Positions 31,128 to 40,976 of a stretch of DNA of 64,000 bases are shown here, in pieces (positions within the stretch are counted from its first letter, which is position 1; the number at the start of each line of letters is the position of its first letter). Where the stretch lies: assembly GCA_047974135.1 (NCBI GenBank), contig JBKECC010000082.1:1391-65390 (forward strand). The letters run 5' to 3'. The position numbers and the translations under genes are program-made. This DNA comes from Campylobacteraceae bacterium. GTDB taxonomy: Bacteria > Campylobacterota > Campylobacteria > Campylobacterales > Campylobacteraceae. The notes beneath the pieces were generated by a model. The model was not told the DNA's origin and did not search any database. It saw only the letters and a list, made by a program, of their open reading frames with translations.

Positions 31128-31877
31128 ATGAGTTTATCTTTTGGGTTTGATAACAATATATTTTCGCTTAACAAAGTAAGTTTGCCAAGTAGATACTACT
31201 ACTTTAAAGAGAAGCAAAACTACGTAAAACTCGTGAGTGTTGGGGAAGGACTTTTTCCAAAAGATAAGATAAATAACACTATAAAACTAACAAACTCATC
31301 GTTAGTGTTAGCAAGCGAAAGCGCTACAAAAGTTTATAAAAGTAGTGAGCATTTTGCTATAAATAGATTTGATTTTGAACTTCAAAACTCTAATCTAGAG
31401 TTTTTAAATGATGAACTTATTTTGTTTAAAAATTCAAAATTATTACAATTTTTTTCTCTTAATTTTGATGAAAATTCAACCTTTTTTTATACTGATTTGT
31501 TAAGCAGTGGAAGAAGTTTTGAGAATTATGATTTTTCATCTTTACATGTAAAGAATAAATTCCTACATAACGGCATTTTAGAGTATTTAGAAGAGTATGA
31601 GATTGGTGGAAATGAAGTCAAAAAATACTTAGAAGATTTCTCACTTGACAAAAGACTTTTTGCAAAGGTTTATGTAAAGATAAAAAATAGTGAAAGCTTT
31701 ACATGTAAACTTTTACATGTAAATGTAAATTCCTATGAATATACGCAAAACAAAGCATTTTTAATAGTTTTAGTAAGTGGAGAGACTATAGGCGATTTAA
31801 AGTCAAAGATAAAAGAGATTTGGAAGATTTATAGAGAAGAGTCTGGTTTAAAAGAGTTTGATTTAGGAAAGTTTTAG
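31128..31877 (+). CDS. ureD: probable urease accessory protein UreD/UreH
   Basis: Called by position directly upstream of ureAB and its ~250-aa size. Sequence is divergent. Contains three palindrome copies. Confidence 0.45.
   Translation: MSLSFGFDNNIFSLNKVSLPSRYYYFKEKQNYVKLVSVGEGLFPKDKINNTIKLTNSSLVLASESATKVYKSSEHFAINRFDFELQNSNLEFLNDELILFKNSKLLQFFSLNFDENSTFFYTDLLSSGRSFENYDFSSLHVKNKFLHNGILEYLEEYEIGGNEVKKYLEDFSLDKRLFAKVYVKIKNSESFTCKLLHVNVNSYEYTQNKAFLIVLVSGETIGDLKSKIKEIWKIYREESGLKEFDLGKF
31541..31552. repeat. palindrome TTTACATGTAAA (12/12)
   Basis: Inside the ureD-like CDS, read as LHVK. Confidence 0.9.
31698..31709. repeat. palindrome TTTACATGTAAA (12/12)
   Basis: Inside the ureD-like CDS, read as FTCK. 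First of a tandem pair. Confidence 0.9.
31712..31723. repeat. palindrome TTTACATGTAAA (12/12)
   Basis: 2 bp after the previous copy, read as LHVN (protein ...[12 protein letters not shown]...). Confidence 0.9.
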
Positions 31878-31887
31878 AGGAGTTTTT

Positions 31888-32562
31888 ATGTTTTTAACTA
31901 AACGCGAACAAGAAAAATTGATGATTTATACAGCTGCAAAACTCTCATTAGAGAGAAAAGCAAGAGGTTTAAAACTAAATTATCCAGAAGCAGTTGCCAT
32001 TATTAGTCACTTCATCATCGAAGGTGCAAGAGATGGTAAAAGTGTTAGTGAACTTATGAGTAGTGCTACAAAGATTTTAAACAGAGACGATGTGCTTGAC
32101 GGGGTTGCCTACATGCTTGACATGGTGCAAGTTGAAGCAACTTTTGAAGATGGCACAAAACTTGTTAGTGTTCATCACCCAATCCCTGTAGATGAAGATA
32201 ATGAGATAGGCGGATACATCATAGAAGATGGTGAGATAGAGTTAAATGAAAACAGAAACACTATAACCATCGAAGTTGAAAATAGAGGCGATAGACCAGT
32301 ACAAATTGGCTCGCATTATCACTTTTTTGAAGTAAACAAATATCTCTATTTTGATAGAAAAAAAGCTTATGGTATGAGACTTGATGTCCCTTCTGGAACC
32401 TCTGTTAGATTTGAGCCGGGTTCCCACAAGAAAGTCTCACTCATACCGTACAGTGGCAAAAGATTTATAAGCGGATTTAACGGTTTAGTTGAAGGGTTTT
32501 TGGATGATGAAGCTGTAAAGCAAAAAGCCTTGTTAAATTTAAAAACATTTCTAGAGGAGTAA
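31888..32562 (+). CDS. ureAB: urease gamma-beta fused subunit
   Basis: N-terminal 100 aa matches UreA (gamma), remainder matches UreB (beta). Confidence 0.85.
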   Translation: MFLTKREQEKLMIYTAAKLSLERKARGLKLNYPEAVAIISHFIIEGARDGKSVSELMSSATKILNRDDVLDGVAYMLDMVQVEATFEDGTKLVSVHHPIPVDEDNEIGGYIIEDGEIELNENRNTITIEVENRGDRPVQIGSHYHFFEVNKYLYFDRKKAYGMRLDVPSGTSVRFEPGSHKKVSLIPYSGKRFISGFNGLVEGFLDDEAVKQKALLNLKTFLEE

Positions 32563-32567
32563 GTTCT

Positions 32568-34265
32568 ATGAAAATCTCAAAAACAAAATACGCTTCTATG
32601 TATGGACCCACTATAAACGATAGATTTAGACTCTCTGACACAAGTTTGATTGCAAGAATAGAGAAAGATTTCACGCTTTATGGTGAAGAGAGTAAATTTG
32701 GTGGTGGAAAAACTATCCGTGATGGCATGAGTCAATCTCCAACTTGCCAAGAAGGGGCAGATTTAATCTTAACTAACGCTATCATCATCGACTACACAGG
32801 GATTTATAAAGCTGATATCGCAATAAAAAATGGCAAGATAAGTGCTATTGGAAAATCAGGAAATCCAAACATAACAGACGGCATAACAGAAGGCATGGAA
32901 ATTGGTGCAAACACAGAGATTTTATCTTGTGAAGGAAAAATCATCACAGCTGGAGGCATCGATACACACATACACTTTATATCGCCAGAACAGATAGATG
33001 AAGCTTTGTCTTCCGGGGTTACGACTATGTTTGGTGGAGGAACTGGACCAAATACTGGAACAAATGCCACTACTTGTACGCCAGGAGCTTGGAATTTGCA
33101 CAAAATGATGCAAAGTGTGGATAACATCCCACTAAACTTTGGTTTTATGGGAAAAGGAAACAGTAGTTCAGGTGAAGCATTAAAAGTGCAGATAAAAGCA
33201 GGGGCTTGTGGCTTAAAACTTCATGAAGATTGGGGTTCAACTCCAAAAGCCATAGATACATGTTTGGGTATCGCTGATGAGTTTGATGTTCAAGTTGCGA
33301 TTCACACAGATACTTTAAATGAGGCTGGATTTGTAGATAGTACCATTGATTCATTTAAAAACAGAATTATCCACACTTTTCACAGCGAGGGTGCAGGAGG
33401 TGGACACGCACCAGATATCATGAAAGTTGTTGGACTTAAAAATATCCTACCTTCATCAACAAATCCAACCTTGCCTTACACAAAAAATACCATAGAAGAG
33501 CACCTTGATATGCTGATGGTTTGTCATCACTTAAGTCCAAAAATCCCTGAAGATGTGAGTTTTGCAGAGAGTAGAATAAGAGGAAAAACCATAGCCGCAG
33601 AAGATGTGCTTCATGACATTGGTGCTATCTCTATAACAAGTTCTGACTCACAAGCTATGGGAAGAGTTGGCGAAGTTATAATTAGAACTTGGCAGGTTGC
33701 AGACTCCATGAAAAAACAACGCGGGAAACTTGACATTGACACATATAAAGATGACAATAACCGCATAAAAAGATATATCGCAAAATACACTATAAACCCT
33801 GCAATCGCTTGTGGGATAGATGAGATTGTTGGAAGTGTAGAAGTTGGCAAAATGGCGGATTTAGTTTTGTGGAATAGGGCATTTTTTGGAGTAAAACCAG
33901 AAATCATCATAAAAGGCGGATTTATAGCTCTTTCAATCATGGGAGATTCAAATGCTTCTATACCAACTCCTGAGCCAAATCTATATAGAAAAATGTTTGG
34001 AAGTTTAGGAAAAGCAGCTGCAAATTCGAGCGTACTTTTTACATCAAAATATGCAAAAGAAAACAACACTTTACCAAAGTTAGATAAAAAAATTGTAGCA
34101 GTAAAAAACACAAGAAATATCTCAAAAGAAAATATGAAATTAAATAACTTCACAGGCGATATAAAGATAGATAGCGAGAGTTATGATGTGTATGTAAATG
34201 GTGAACTTATAGTTTCAAACTTTGTAGATGAGGTTCCACTCGCACGCCGTTATTTTCTATTTTAA
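32568..34265 (+). CDS. ureC: urease alpha subunit
   Basis: 565 aa with amidohydrolase nickel-site motifs (HxH, MVCHHL). Confidence 0.9.
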   Translation: MKISKTKYASMYGPTINDRFRLSDTSLIARIEKDFTLYGEESKFGGGKTIRDGMSQSPTCQEGADLILTNAIIIDYTGIYKADIAIKNGKISAIGKSGNPNITDGITEGMEIGANTEILSCEGKIITAGGIDTHIHFISPEQIDEALSSGVTTMFGGGTGPNTGTNATTCTPGAWNLHKMMQSVDNIPLNFGFMGKGNSSSGEALKVQIKAGACGLKLHEDWGSTPKAIDTCLGIADEFDVQVAIHTDTLNEAGFVDSTIDSFKNRIIHTFHSEGAGGGHAPDIMKVVGLKNILPSSTNPTLPYTKNTIEEHLDMLMVCHHLSPKIPEDVSFAESRIRGKTIAAEDVLHDIGAISITSSDSQAMGRVGEVIIRTWQVADSMKKQRGKLDIDTYKDDNNRIKRYIAKYTINPAIACGIDEIVGSVEVGKMADLVLWNRAFFGVKPEIIIKGGFIALSIMGDSNASIPTPEPNLYRKMFGSLGKAAANSSVLFTSKYAKENNTLPKLDKKIVAVKNTRNISKENMKLNNFTGDIKIDSESYDVYVNGELIVSNFVDEVPLARRYFLF

Positions 34266-34274
34266 GGATCAAAA

Positions 34275-34709
34275 GTGATAAAAAAAGTTGTTAAACTAAA
34301 CACAAAAGAACATGCAAGCGACAGCGTTGAACTCTCTTGGTTTGATATGCACAAACCAAACCTAACTGCCATAACACAAAAAGGCGTTGAGTTCATAGTA
34401 AAAGTAAAAGGCTCACACTTACATGTAAACGATATTTTAGTTTGTGATGATGGTTACGCTATAGCTATAAACAGGGCACACGATGATGTTTATATCTTAG
34501 AGTTTAAAGATGCTCTTTTATTTGCAAAAACAGCTTACGAGATAGGAAATAGACACCAACCAATCAATATAGAAAACAACAAAATCACAGCACTTCAAGA
34601 CTTAAGCATAGAAGATATCATCTTAAATCTTGAGCGAGATGAAAGTGTAAGCGTGGCAAAAACTAAAACATTTTTTAAGTCAAATGCAAAAGCGTCACAC
34701 TCACACTAA
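34275..34709 (+). CDS. ureE: urease accessory protein UreE
   Basis: GTG start with RBS AAGGA. 144 aa, no His-rich tail. Confidence 0.7.
   Translation: MIKKVVKLNTKEHASDSVELSWFDMHKPNLTAITQKGVEFIVKVKGSHLHVNDILVCDDGYAIAINRAHDDVYILEFKDALLFAKTAYEIGNRHQPINIENNKITALQDLSIEDIILNLERDESVSVAKTKTFFKSNAKASHSH
34418..34429. repeat. palindrome copy cTTACATGTAAA (11/12)
   Basis: Inside ureE, read as LHVN. Confidence 0.9.
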
Positions 34710-35376
34710 GGCGTTAAGTAGATTTACGCAGATACTTGATAGCTCCTTCCCAAATGGAGCTTTTACGCACTCTTTTGGGCTTGAACCATTTGTCTTAGAA
34801 GGTATCATAAAAGATAAAAACTCACTTTTTTCATTCTTGAAAAATGTCATATCATATCAGTATGAAAAGTTTGAATTTCCAATCATCACAAAGGTTTATG
34901 AGTATTGTGAAAGTGGCAAATTGAACCTAATAGTAAAGTTAGATAAAAAGATACAAGCTATGCAAATGTATGAATTTGCAAAAGCCTATAAAAATATCGG
35001 CGAAAACATTTTTTTTCAACTTCAAAACTTAGAGCTTAAAAAGAGTATAACTAAGAGCTATTTTTTACATGTAAAAGATAGAAAAACTCCAGCAAATGAA
35101 ATGGTTATACTTGGTATTTTTGCTTATGAGAGTAGTTTACATGTAAAAGATTTTATGGCTCTTTTTGCAAAGAAAAATCTGATGAATATAGCAACAAGCT
35201 CTCTTAAAGTCTCAAGACTAAAACCAAGTGAAGTGCAAGAGATTTTGTTTATGATCGATGATATTTTAGACGCTTCTGTGGAGAAAAAATATAGTAAAAT
35301 TTCAAACTTCAATCCATTTTTTGAAGAGATTATATTTAAACACAAACATTTAGAACCAAAACTTTTTACAACTTGA
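34684..35376 (+). CDS. ureF: urease accessory protein UreF
   Basis: FPNGAFTHSFGLE motif. Overlaps ureE, so the true start may be later. Confidence 0.7.
   Translation: MQKRHTHTKALSRFTQILDSSFPNGAFTHSFGLEPFVLEGIIKDKNSLFSFLKNVISYQYEKFEFPIITKVYEYCESGKLNLIVKLDKKIQAMQMYEFAKAYKNIGENIFFQLQNLELKKSITKSYFLHVKDRKTPANEMVILGIFAYESSLHVKDFMALFAKKNLMNIATSSLKVSRLKPSEVQEILFMIDDILDASVEKKYSKISNFNPFFEEIIFKHKHLEPKLFTT
35064..35075. repeat. palindrome TTTACATGTAAA (12/12)
   Basis: Inside ureF, read as LHVK. Confidence 0.9.
35136..35147. repeat. palindrome TTTACATGTAAA (12/12)
   Basis: Inside ureF, read as LHVK. Confidence 0.9.
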
Positions 35377-35383
35377 GGATACG

Positions 35384-35974
35384 ATGAAAAGCATAAAAAT
35401 AGGCGTAGCAGGACCAGTTGGAAGTGGCAAAACTTCTTTAATAGAAAGCCTAACAAACTTACTTAAAAACGAACATAAAGTAGCGATTATTACAAATGAT
35501 ATATACACAAAAGAGGATGCAAACTACCTAAAAAGTCACCTTGATATCGATAGTGAAATGATTGTAGGCGTTGAAACGGGAGGCTGTCCGCATACCGCTA
35601 TACGAGATGACATCTCGATGAATAAAAAAGCTTGTATAGAACTTGAAGAGAAGTTTGCACCAGAAATCATCTTTGTAGAGAGTGGAGGAGACAACCTATC
35701 GGCTACCTTTTCTTATGAGCTTGTGGACTTTTACATGTACATTATTGATGTGGCACAGGGTGCCGATATACCAAGAAAAAAAGGTGCAGGACTTTTATAT
35801 AGTGATTTGCTCGTTGTAAATAAAACTGACTTAGCTCCATTTGTTGATGTTGATTTGGTAAGCATGAAAGAGGATGTAGAAAAAAATAGAAAAAATAAGC
35901 CATTTTTGTTTGTTTCTAAAAAAGATAATAACACACTTTTAAAACTCAAAAGTTGGATAGAAGCACTTTTATAA
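35384..35974 (+). CDS. ureG: urease accessory GTPase UreG
   Basis: P-loop GPVGSGKTS. Aligns with H. pylori UreG at equal length. Confidence 0.9.
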   Translation: MKSIKIGVAGPVGSGKTSLIESLTNLLKNEHKVAIITNDIYTKEDANYLKSHLDIDSEMIVGVETGGCPHTAIRDDISMNKKACIELEEKFAPEIIFVESGGDNLSATFSYELVDFYMYIIDVAQGADIPRKKGAGLLYSDLLVVNKTDLAPFVDVDLVSMKEDVEKNRKNKPFLFVSKKDNNTLLKLKSWIEALL

Positions 35975-35975
35975 T

Positions 35976-35987
35976 TTTACATGTAAA
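35976..35987. repeat. palindrome TTTACATGTAAA (12/12)
   Basis: Starts 2 nt after the ureG stop. Left edge of the TA cassette region. Confidence 0.9.
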
Positions 35988-36290
35988 AAACATTTTAAAC
36001 TTTTTTGGAATATTTTTACTTGTAAAATTCTTGGATGTTTTTTCCGTGCATTGCGGCAAAAACCGTTAAGAAATTTGAGTGAGAAAGCGTTAAGAAAAAT
36101 AAATGTTTGAGGTATTCCGAGTTTTTGTTTTTTAGCTTTCGAACGACAATTTTAGGTTTTTAAGCACTAGCACTTGAATTTTGTTTCTTTTTTTCCAAGA
36201 AAAAGAAAGAGAAGAAAGCCAAAACTTTAGTTGCAATAACTAAGAGCAAAAAGATTTAAGTTCGCATACAAAACCTCTTCCTATCATAAA

Positions 36291-36319
36291 TTGACATTTT
36301 GAATAAAATTGAATATAAT
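36291..36319 (+). promoter_or_regulatory. sigma70-type promoter of toxin-antitoxin operon (-35 TTGACA 36291-36296, -10 TATAAT 36314-36319, 17-bp spacer)
   Basis: Consensus hexamers with ideal spacing about 37 bp upstream of the antitoxin ATG. RBS GGACAAGGAT. Confidence 0.5.
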
Positions 36320-36325
36320 TGAATA
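36299..36325 (+). repeat. three direct TTGAATA repeats at exact 10-bp phasing overlapping the promoter (putative operator)
   Basis: TTGAATA at 36299, 36309, 36319. Confidence 0.5.
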
Positions 36326-36355
36326 AAAATTATTTGGCAAGGACAAGGATAAAAG

Positions 36356-36592
36356 ATGAAAACTGTAACCATGAGAGTTGATGATGAAACTTATCAAATC
36401 ATAAAAACAGCTGCAGATGGCGAAAGAAGAAATATATCTAATTTTATAGAGTTTGCAACTATGCAGTATCTAAGCTCGTCAGTATATGTTGATGATAGTG
36501 AAATGGACGAAATTTCAAATGATAAAGAGTTAGTTAAAGCCTTAAAACAAGGGTTAAAAGAAGCAAAAGCGAAAGAGTATAAAATTGTATAA
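36356..36592 (+). CDS. type II antitoxin, ribbon-helix-helix (ParD/CopG-like)
   Basis: 78 aa with N-terminal beta-strand KTVTMRVDDETYQIIK. Overlaps the downstream toxin by 8 nt. Confidence 0.6.
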   Translation: MKTVTMRVDDETYQIIKTAADGERRNISNFIEFATMQYLSSSVYVDDSEMDEISNDKELVKALKQGLKEAKAKEYKIV

Positions 36593-36854
36593 TTTCTCTA
36601 TAGCAGAAACTAAAAGTTTTGAAAAATTAAAAGAGAAGTTGGACAAAAAACTATATACAAAAATAGAAACTTATATCTATCCGCAACTTCGTTCAAATCC
36701 TTTTTATGGCACAAATATCAAAAAACTAAAAGGCGAATTTGAAGGATACTATCGATATAGACTTGGAAATTATAGGCTTTTTTATATCATCGACAATGAG
36801 AAAATTTTAGTAATTATAGTTGATTTTAAACATAGGCAAAATTCATACGATTAA
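36585..36854 (+). CDS. type II toxin, RelE/ParE family
   Basis: 89 aa with YRLFYIIDNEKILVIIVDFKHRQNSY, a typical RelE/ParE C-terminus. Confidence 0.7.
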   Translation: MYNFSIAETKSFEKLKEKLDKKLYTKIETYIYPQLRSNPFYGTNIKKLKGEFEGYYRYRLGNYRLFYIIDNEKILVIIVDFKHRQNSYD

Positions 36855-36874
36855 CAATTTTTTATGCTTTGCAA

Positions 36875-36886
36875 TTTACATGTAAA
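36875..36886. repeat. palindrome TTTACATGTAAA (12/12)
   Basis: Ends 1 nt before the miaA (minus) stop codon. Right edge of the TA cassette region. Confidence 0.9.
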
Positions 36887-36887
36887 G

Positions 36888-37781
36888 CTACAAAACCTTT
36901 AAAATCTCTTCTTCTAAATCTTCAAGTGGTTTTTTAACCAAACTATATTCTAAAAATTGTGTTTTGTTAAAAGTTCTCTGTCTCTTGGCAAGTTTTGCTG
37001 TGTTTGTTGCGATTTTGTTTCCCATCTCTTCAAGCGAGTAAATCCCATCAAAGTAGTCTATAACCTCTTTTAATCCTATGGCTTTCATGCAGTTTGGCTC
37101 TCTTGTGTATTTTTTCTCTAGCCTTGCAACTTCATCAACAAGCCCAGCTTCAATCATCTTTTTAGTTCTAATCTCTATCCTTTTTCGCAAAACTTCCCTA
37201 TCCGTTTCTATCTCAAATATTGGCAAATTTTTGATGATTGGCTCTCTTAGTGTTCGTTTTAAAAAAACGCTTGGAACTTCCTCTGTTTCGTAGTAAATCT
37301 CAAGCCATTTTTCTATGCGATAACTGTCATTTTCTTCTATCTTTAGAGATGCTTCAAAGTCTATGTTTTTTATAAGTTCATGAGAAGCTTTTAAATCTCT
37401 CAAAGCTCTTAGTGTTTTTGCCCTGTTTTCTTCGCTTATGAGAGGTTTGTCGCTAAGACCACTTAGCATCGCTTTTAGGTAAAAACTCGTTCCTCCTACT
37501 ATGATGAGAGGCACATTTTTCTTTTGTGATATCTCAAAACTTTTTTTGTATAAATCAAAAAATATAGTCACGTTAAAGGCTTCATTTGGGTAAATCTCAT
37601 CTATACCAAAATGCAAAATATCTCCCATCTCTTCTTTTGTTGGTTTTGCTGAGGCTATATCTATCTCTTTGTAGATAGAGAGTGAATCAAGCGATAGTAT
37701 GATTCCACCCACTTTTTTTGCTAGCTTTATGCCCAAGTCACTTTTTCCTGAAGCAGTTGTTCCTATAATCGCAATTTGCAT
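36888..37781 (-). CDS. miaA: tRNA dimethylallyltransferase
   Basis: P-loop GTTASGKS near the N-terminus, 297 aa. Confidence 0.9.
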   Translation of the reverse strand: MQIAIIGTTASGKSDLGIKLAKKVGGIILSLDSLSIYKEIDIASAKPTKEEMGDILHFGIDEIYPNEAFNVTIFFDLYKKSFEISQKKNVPLIIVGGTSFYLKAMLSGLSDKPLISEENRAKTLRALRDLKASHELIKNIDFEASLKIEENDSYRIEKWLEIYYETEEVPSVFLKRTLREPIIKNLPIFEIETDREVLRKRIEIRTKKMIEAGLVDEVARLEKKYTREPNCMKAIGLKEVIDYFDGIYSLEEMGNKIATNTAKLAKRQRTFNKTQFLEYSLVKKPLEDLEEEILKVL

Positions 37782-37847
37782 ATTTTGCCTTCAATTTTTT
37801 GGTTAAATTATAACAAAATAAGCCATTTATTTGTAAAATCTCTCATT

Positions 37848-37859
37848 TTTACATGTAAA
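37848..37859. repeat. palindrome TTTACATGTAAA (12/12)
   Basis: Divergent miaA/UbiA promoter gap. A related TTTATTTGTAAA lies at 37826. Confidence 0.9.
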
Positions 37860-37867
37860 GGTATAAT

Positions 37868-38746
37868 TTGTCAAAATTTTTAGCCGTTTTAAAAGATATA
37901 AACGAACTTATCGTATTTAAACACTCCGTTTTTGCATTGCCATTTATTTTTATCGCTATGATTGTTGCATCCGCTCAGTTAAGCGGAACTCCTTGGTTTG
38001 GCTTTAAACTACTTATTTTAGGGCTTTTATGTGCAGTTAGTGCTAGAAACTTTGCTATGAGTTTTAACAGATTTTGTGATGAAGATATAGACAAACATAA
38101 CCCAAGAACTGCAAGTCGTCCAAGTGTTGATGGGCGAATCGGCAAAAGAAATATGATAATTTTCATCGTCATAAACGCAGCTATTTTTATAATCGTTGCA
38201 TTTTTTATAAACAAAACCGCTTTTTATCTCTCTTTTCCAATTCTCATAATACTTGGCGGTTACTCGCTTTTTAAGAGATTTTCTCCTTTGGCACATTTGG
38301 TTTTGGGTCTGTCTTTAGGACTTGCACCAATCGCTGGAAGTATCGCAGTTTTAGGAACTACAACACTTTGGGTTTGGCTACTTTGTTTTGGAGTTATTTT
38401 TTGGGTTGCTGGGTTTGATTTGCTTTACTCTTTGCAAGATATAGATTATGACAAAGCAAATAATCTGCACTCGATTCCATCGCGATATGGCTGGGATGCA
38501 ACGTTTTTTATCTCATTATTATTTCACGGTTTAACTATACTTTTTTGGTTACTTTTTGTCATCGCTGCAAATCTTAGTTTTCTCTCATATTTTGCTGTTA
38601 TCGTAAGCGGAGTTATACTTTTTTGTGAACATAGAATAGTAAGGCGCGACTTTACAAAGATAGATAGAGCGTTTTTTACGCTCAATGGTTATCTTGGTAT
38701 TATATTTTTCTTGTTTGTTTTGTTAGATTTGATTTTTATCGTATAA
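37868..38746 (+). CDS. UbiA-family prenyltransferase (menaquinone/ubiquinone pathway)
   Basis: NRFCDEDIDKHNPRT Asp-rich motif, about 8 TM helices. Confidence 0.7.
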   Translation: MSKFLAVLKDINELIVFKHSVFALPFIFIAMIVASAQLSGTPWFGFKLLILGLLCAVSARNFAMSFNRFCDEDIDKHNPRTASRPSVDGRIGKRNMIIFIVINAAIFIIVAFFINKTAFYLSFPILIILGGYSLFKRFSPLAHLVLGLSLGLAPIAGSIAVLGTTTLWVWLLCFGVIFWVAGFDLLYSLQDIDYDKANNLHSIPSRYGWDATFFISLLFHGLTILFWLLFVIAANLSFLSYFAVIVSGVILFCEHRIVRRDFTKIDRAFFTLNGYLGIIFFLFVLLDLIFIV

Positions 38747-38778
38747 TACTTAAATTTAAAAATTTGGAGATTGTTTAG

Positions 38779-39240
38779 ATGGATACAATGTTACTTGTAG
38801 CACTATTTGTAGTGATGGTTTTAGTTGTAATTTTCATAGTTGTCAAAGATAGAGAAGTCGAGAGAAGACTTAACCTTTTTGCAAGCATCATAGAAGATAT
38901 AAATAGACAAAATCATGACTTAAAAAAGAACTCTATCCAATTTCAAAACTTTGGTGATAACAAAGAAGATTTAGAGAAAAAGCTAGAGAGTGCTATACAA
39001 ACAAAGGTTCAACCGCTAAATGAAACTATAGAAAAAGTAAAAAGCATAACGCAAGACTATCATGACAAGAAAAAAACTCAAGATAGTGATGTTTCATTTG
39101 AACAAGATAAACCGCTTGATTATGAAAAAGAGGCTGTAAATCTATATAAACAAGGTAAAACAGAGATAGAAATAGCAGAGGCTCTTGGTTTACATGTAAG
39201 CGAAGTCGAGTTTATCTTAGGACTTAACGACTTAAAATGA
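38779..39240 (+). CDS. hypothetical membrane-anchored coiled-coil protein with C-terminal HTH-like segment
   Basis: N-terminal TM helix, charged helical middle, C-terminal EIEIAEALGLHVSEVEFIL. Confidence 0.45.
   Translation: MDTMLLVALFVVMVLVVIFIVVKDREVERRLNLFASIIEDINRQNHDLKKNSIQFQNFGDNKEDLEKKLESAIQTKVQPLNETIEKVKSITQDYHDKKKTQDSDVSFEQDKPLDYEKEAVNLYKQGKTEIEIAEALGLHVSEVEFILGLNDLK
39189..39200. repeat. palindrome copy TTTACATGTAAg (11/12)
   Basis: Inside the 38779 ORF, read as LHVS. Confidence 0.9.
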
Positions 39241-39953
39241 CGCAAAATATCGATAAAAGTTGGAGCGAGATAGTAGAAAACTCGCTTCACTCTTTAAGTA
39301 GTGAATATCAAAACTTTTTAAATACTTCTGATACTTACTTTCCAAATAGAGACAATTTTCTAAATGCCTTTAAAACTCTTTCCTTTAAAAACACAAAAGC
39401 TATACTTTTTGGGCAAGACCCATATCCAAGGGTACAGAGTGCTATAGGTTACGCATTTATAGATGGTAAAGTAAAAACTCTCTTTAGTGCAAATGGACTC
39501 TCAAAAGAGGTAAACAGAGCTACAAGTTTGCGAAATTTTATGAAAATGTTATTGCTCGCGGACAATAAACTACAAGAAGATGATTTATCGCAAGATGCGA
39601 TAGCAATGCTTAAAAAAGATGAGATGATAAACTCTATATTTGAGTTAAAAGACAACTTTGAAAAAAATGGGATTTTGCTTTTAAATACATCTTTAGTATT
39701 TACAAAAAAAGACGACACCTCTTTACATGTAAAAGAGTTTAAGCCATTTGTTAAAACATTTTTAGATGAGCTTGGAGACAAAAAGCTTGATTTGATTTTG
39801 TTTGGTTCTATGGCAAAAGATATAAAAAAACTGCTTCCAAATAAGCACAATTTTACTCTTGTTGAAACCTCTCATCCTTACAATGTGGATTTTATTACAA
39901 ATAAAAAAGTGTTAGAGTATTTTTCAAAATTTAAACTACTTAAAAAACAATAA
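39237..39953 (+). CDS. uracil-DNA glycosylase superfamily protein (tentative)
   Basis: ILFGQDPYP resembles the UNG GQDPYH motif. Confidence 0.45.
   Translation: MTQNIDKSWSEIVENSLHSLSSEYQNFLNTSDTYFPNRDNFLNAFKTLSFKNTKAILFGQDPYPRVQSAIGYAFIDGKVKTLFSANGLSKEVNRATSLRNFMKMLLLADNKLQEDDLSQDAIAMLKKDEMINSIFELKDNFEKNGILLLNTSLVFTKKDDTSLHVKEFKPFVKTFLDELGDKKLDLILFGSMAKDIKKLLPNKHNFTLVETSHPYNVDFITNKKVLEYFSKFKLLKKQ
39722..39733. repeat. palindrome TTTACATGTAAA (12/12)
   Basis: Inside the UDG-like CDS, read as LHVK. Confidence 0.9.
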
Positions 39954-40007
39954 TAGTGATTTAAGTTTGTTAAGTATAATAATCATATTAAAATATTAGG
40001 TTGATAT

Positions 40008-40976
40008 ATGTTGATAGATGGACATGGACGAACAGTCGATTATCTGCGGATTTCAGTAACTGAAAGATGCAATTTTCGTTGTCAGTACTGTATGCCCGAC
40101 AAACCTTTTTCTTGGGTTCCTCATGAAAAAATCCTCTCATACGAAGAGATGTTTTCATTTATAAAGGTTGCTATTGATGAGGGCGTTACAAAGATTAGAA
40201 TAACAGGCGGAGAGCCATTAGTACGGCCTCATCTTGATGTTTTGATTAGAACGATAAGCGAATACAAAAAAGATATAGATTTAGCTCTTACAACAAATGC
40301 TTTTCTTTTGGAAAACATGGCAGAAAAGCTTTATGATGCAGGACTTAAACGCATAAACGTTTCACTTGATAGTCTAAAAAACGATGTTATACACAAAATC
40401 TCAAAAGTTGATGCACTTCCAAAAATACTCAAAGGCATAAATAAAGCTCTTGAAGTTGGATTAAAAGCAAAGATAAATATGGTTCCACTAAAAGGCATAA
40501 ATGATAAAGAGATTATAGACGTTTTGGAGTATGCAAGAGAGAGAAGAATCATGATAAGATTTATCGAGTTTATGGAAAATACTCATGCAAACTCTGATAT
40601 TAAAGGGTTAAAATCCGAAGAGATAAAAAACGAAATCGCAAAAAAATACAAATTTCATGATATAGGAAAAGTTGGAGCATCTCCAGCAGAGAGATACCAA
40701 CTTGAAGATGGTTATGTTTTTGGGATAATAGACCCACACAAACATGACTTTTGTGCTGACTGCAATAGAATCAGATTAACTGCTGAAGGACTTTTGATAC
40801 CTTGTTTGTATTTTGATGAAGCTATGAGTATAAAAGATGCTGTTAGAGTTGGCGATATAAACAAAGCAAGTGAGATTTTAAGAACTGTTTTGAAAAACAA
40901 ACCAGAGAAAAATCGCTGGGGAAATAAAGAAGAAAACGAGACAAGTTCTCGCGCATTTTATCAAACAGGTGGTTGA
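40008..40976 (+). CDS. moaA: GTP 3',8-cyclase
   Basis: [10 protein letters not shown] radical-SAM motif and MoaA C-terminal cysteines. Confidence 0.9.
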   Translation: MLIDGHGRTVDYLRISVTERCNFRCQYCMPDKPFSWVPHEKILSYEEMFSFIKVAIDEGVTKIRITGGEPLVRPHLDVLIRTISEYKKDIDLALTTNAFLLENMAEKLYDAGLKRINVSLDSLKNDVIHKISKVDALPKILKGINKALEVGLKAKINMVPLKGINDKEIIDVLEYARERRIMIRFIEFMENTHANSDIKGLKSEEIKNEIAKKYKFHDIGKVGASPAERYQLEDGYVFGIIDPHKHDFCADCNRIRLTAEGLLIPCLYFDEAMSIKDAVRVGDINKASEILRTVLKNKPEKNRWGNKEENETSSRAFYQTGG

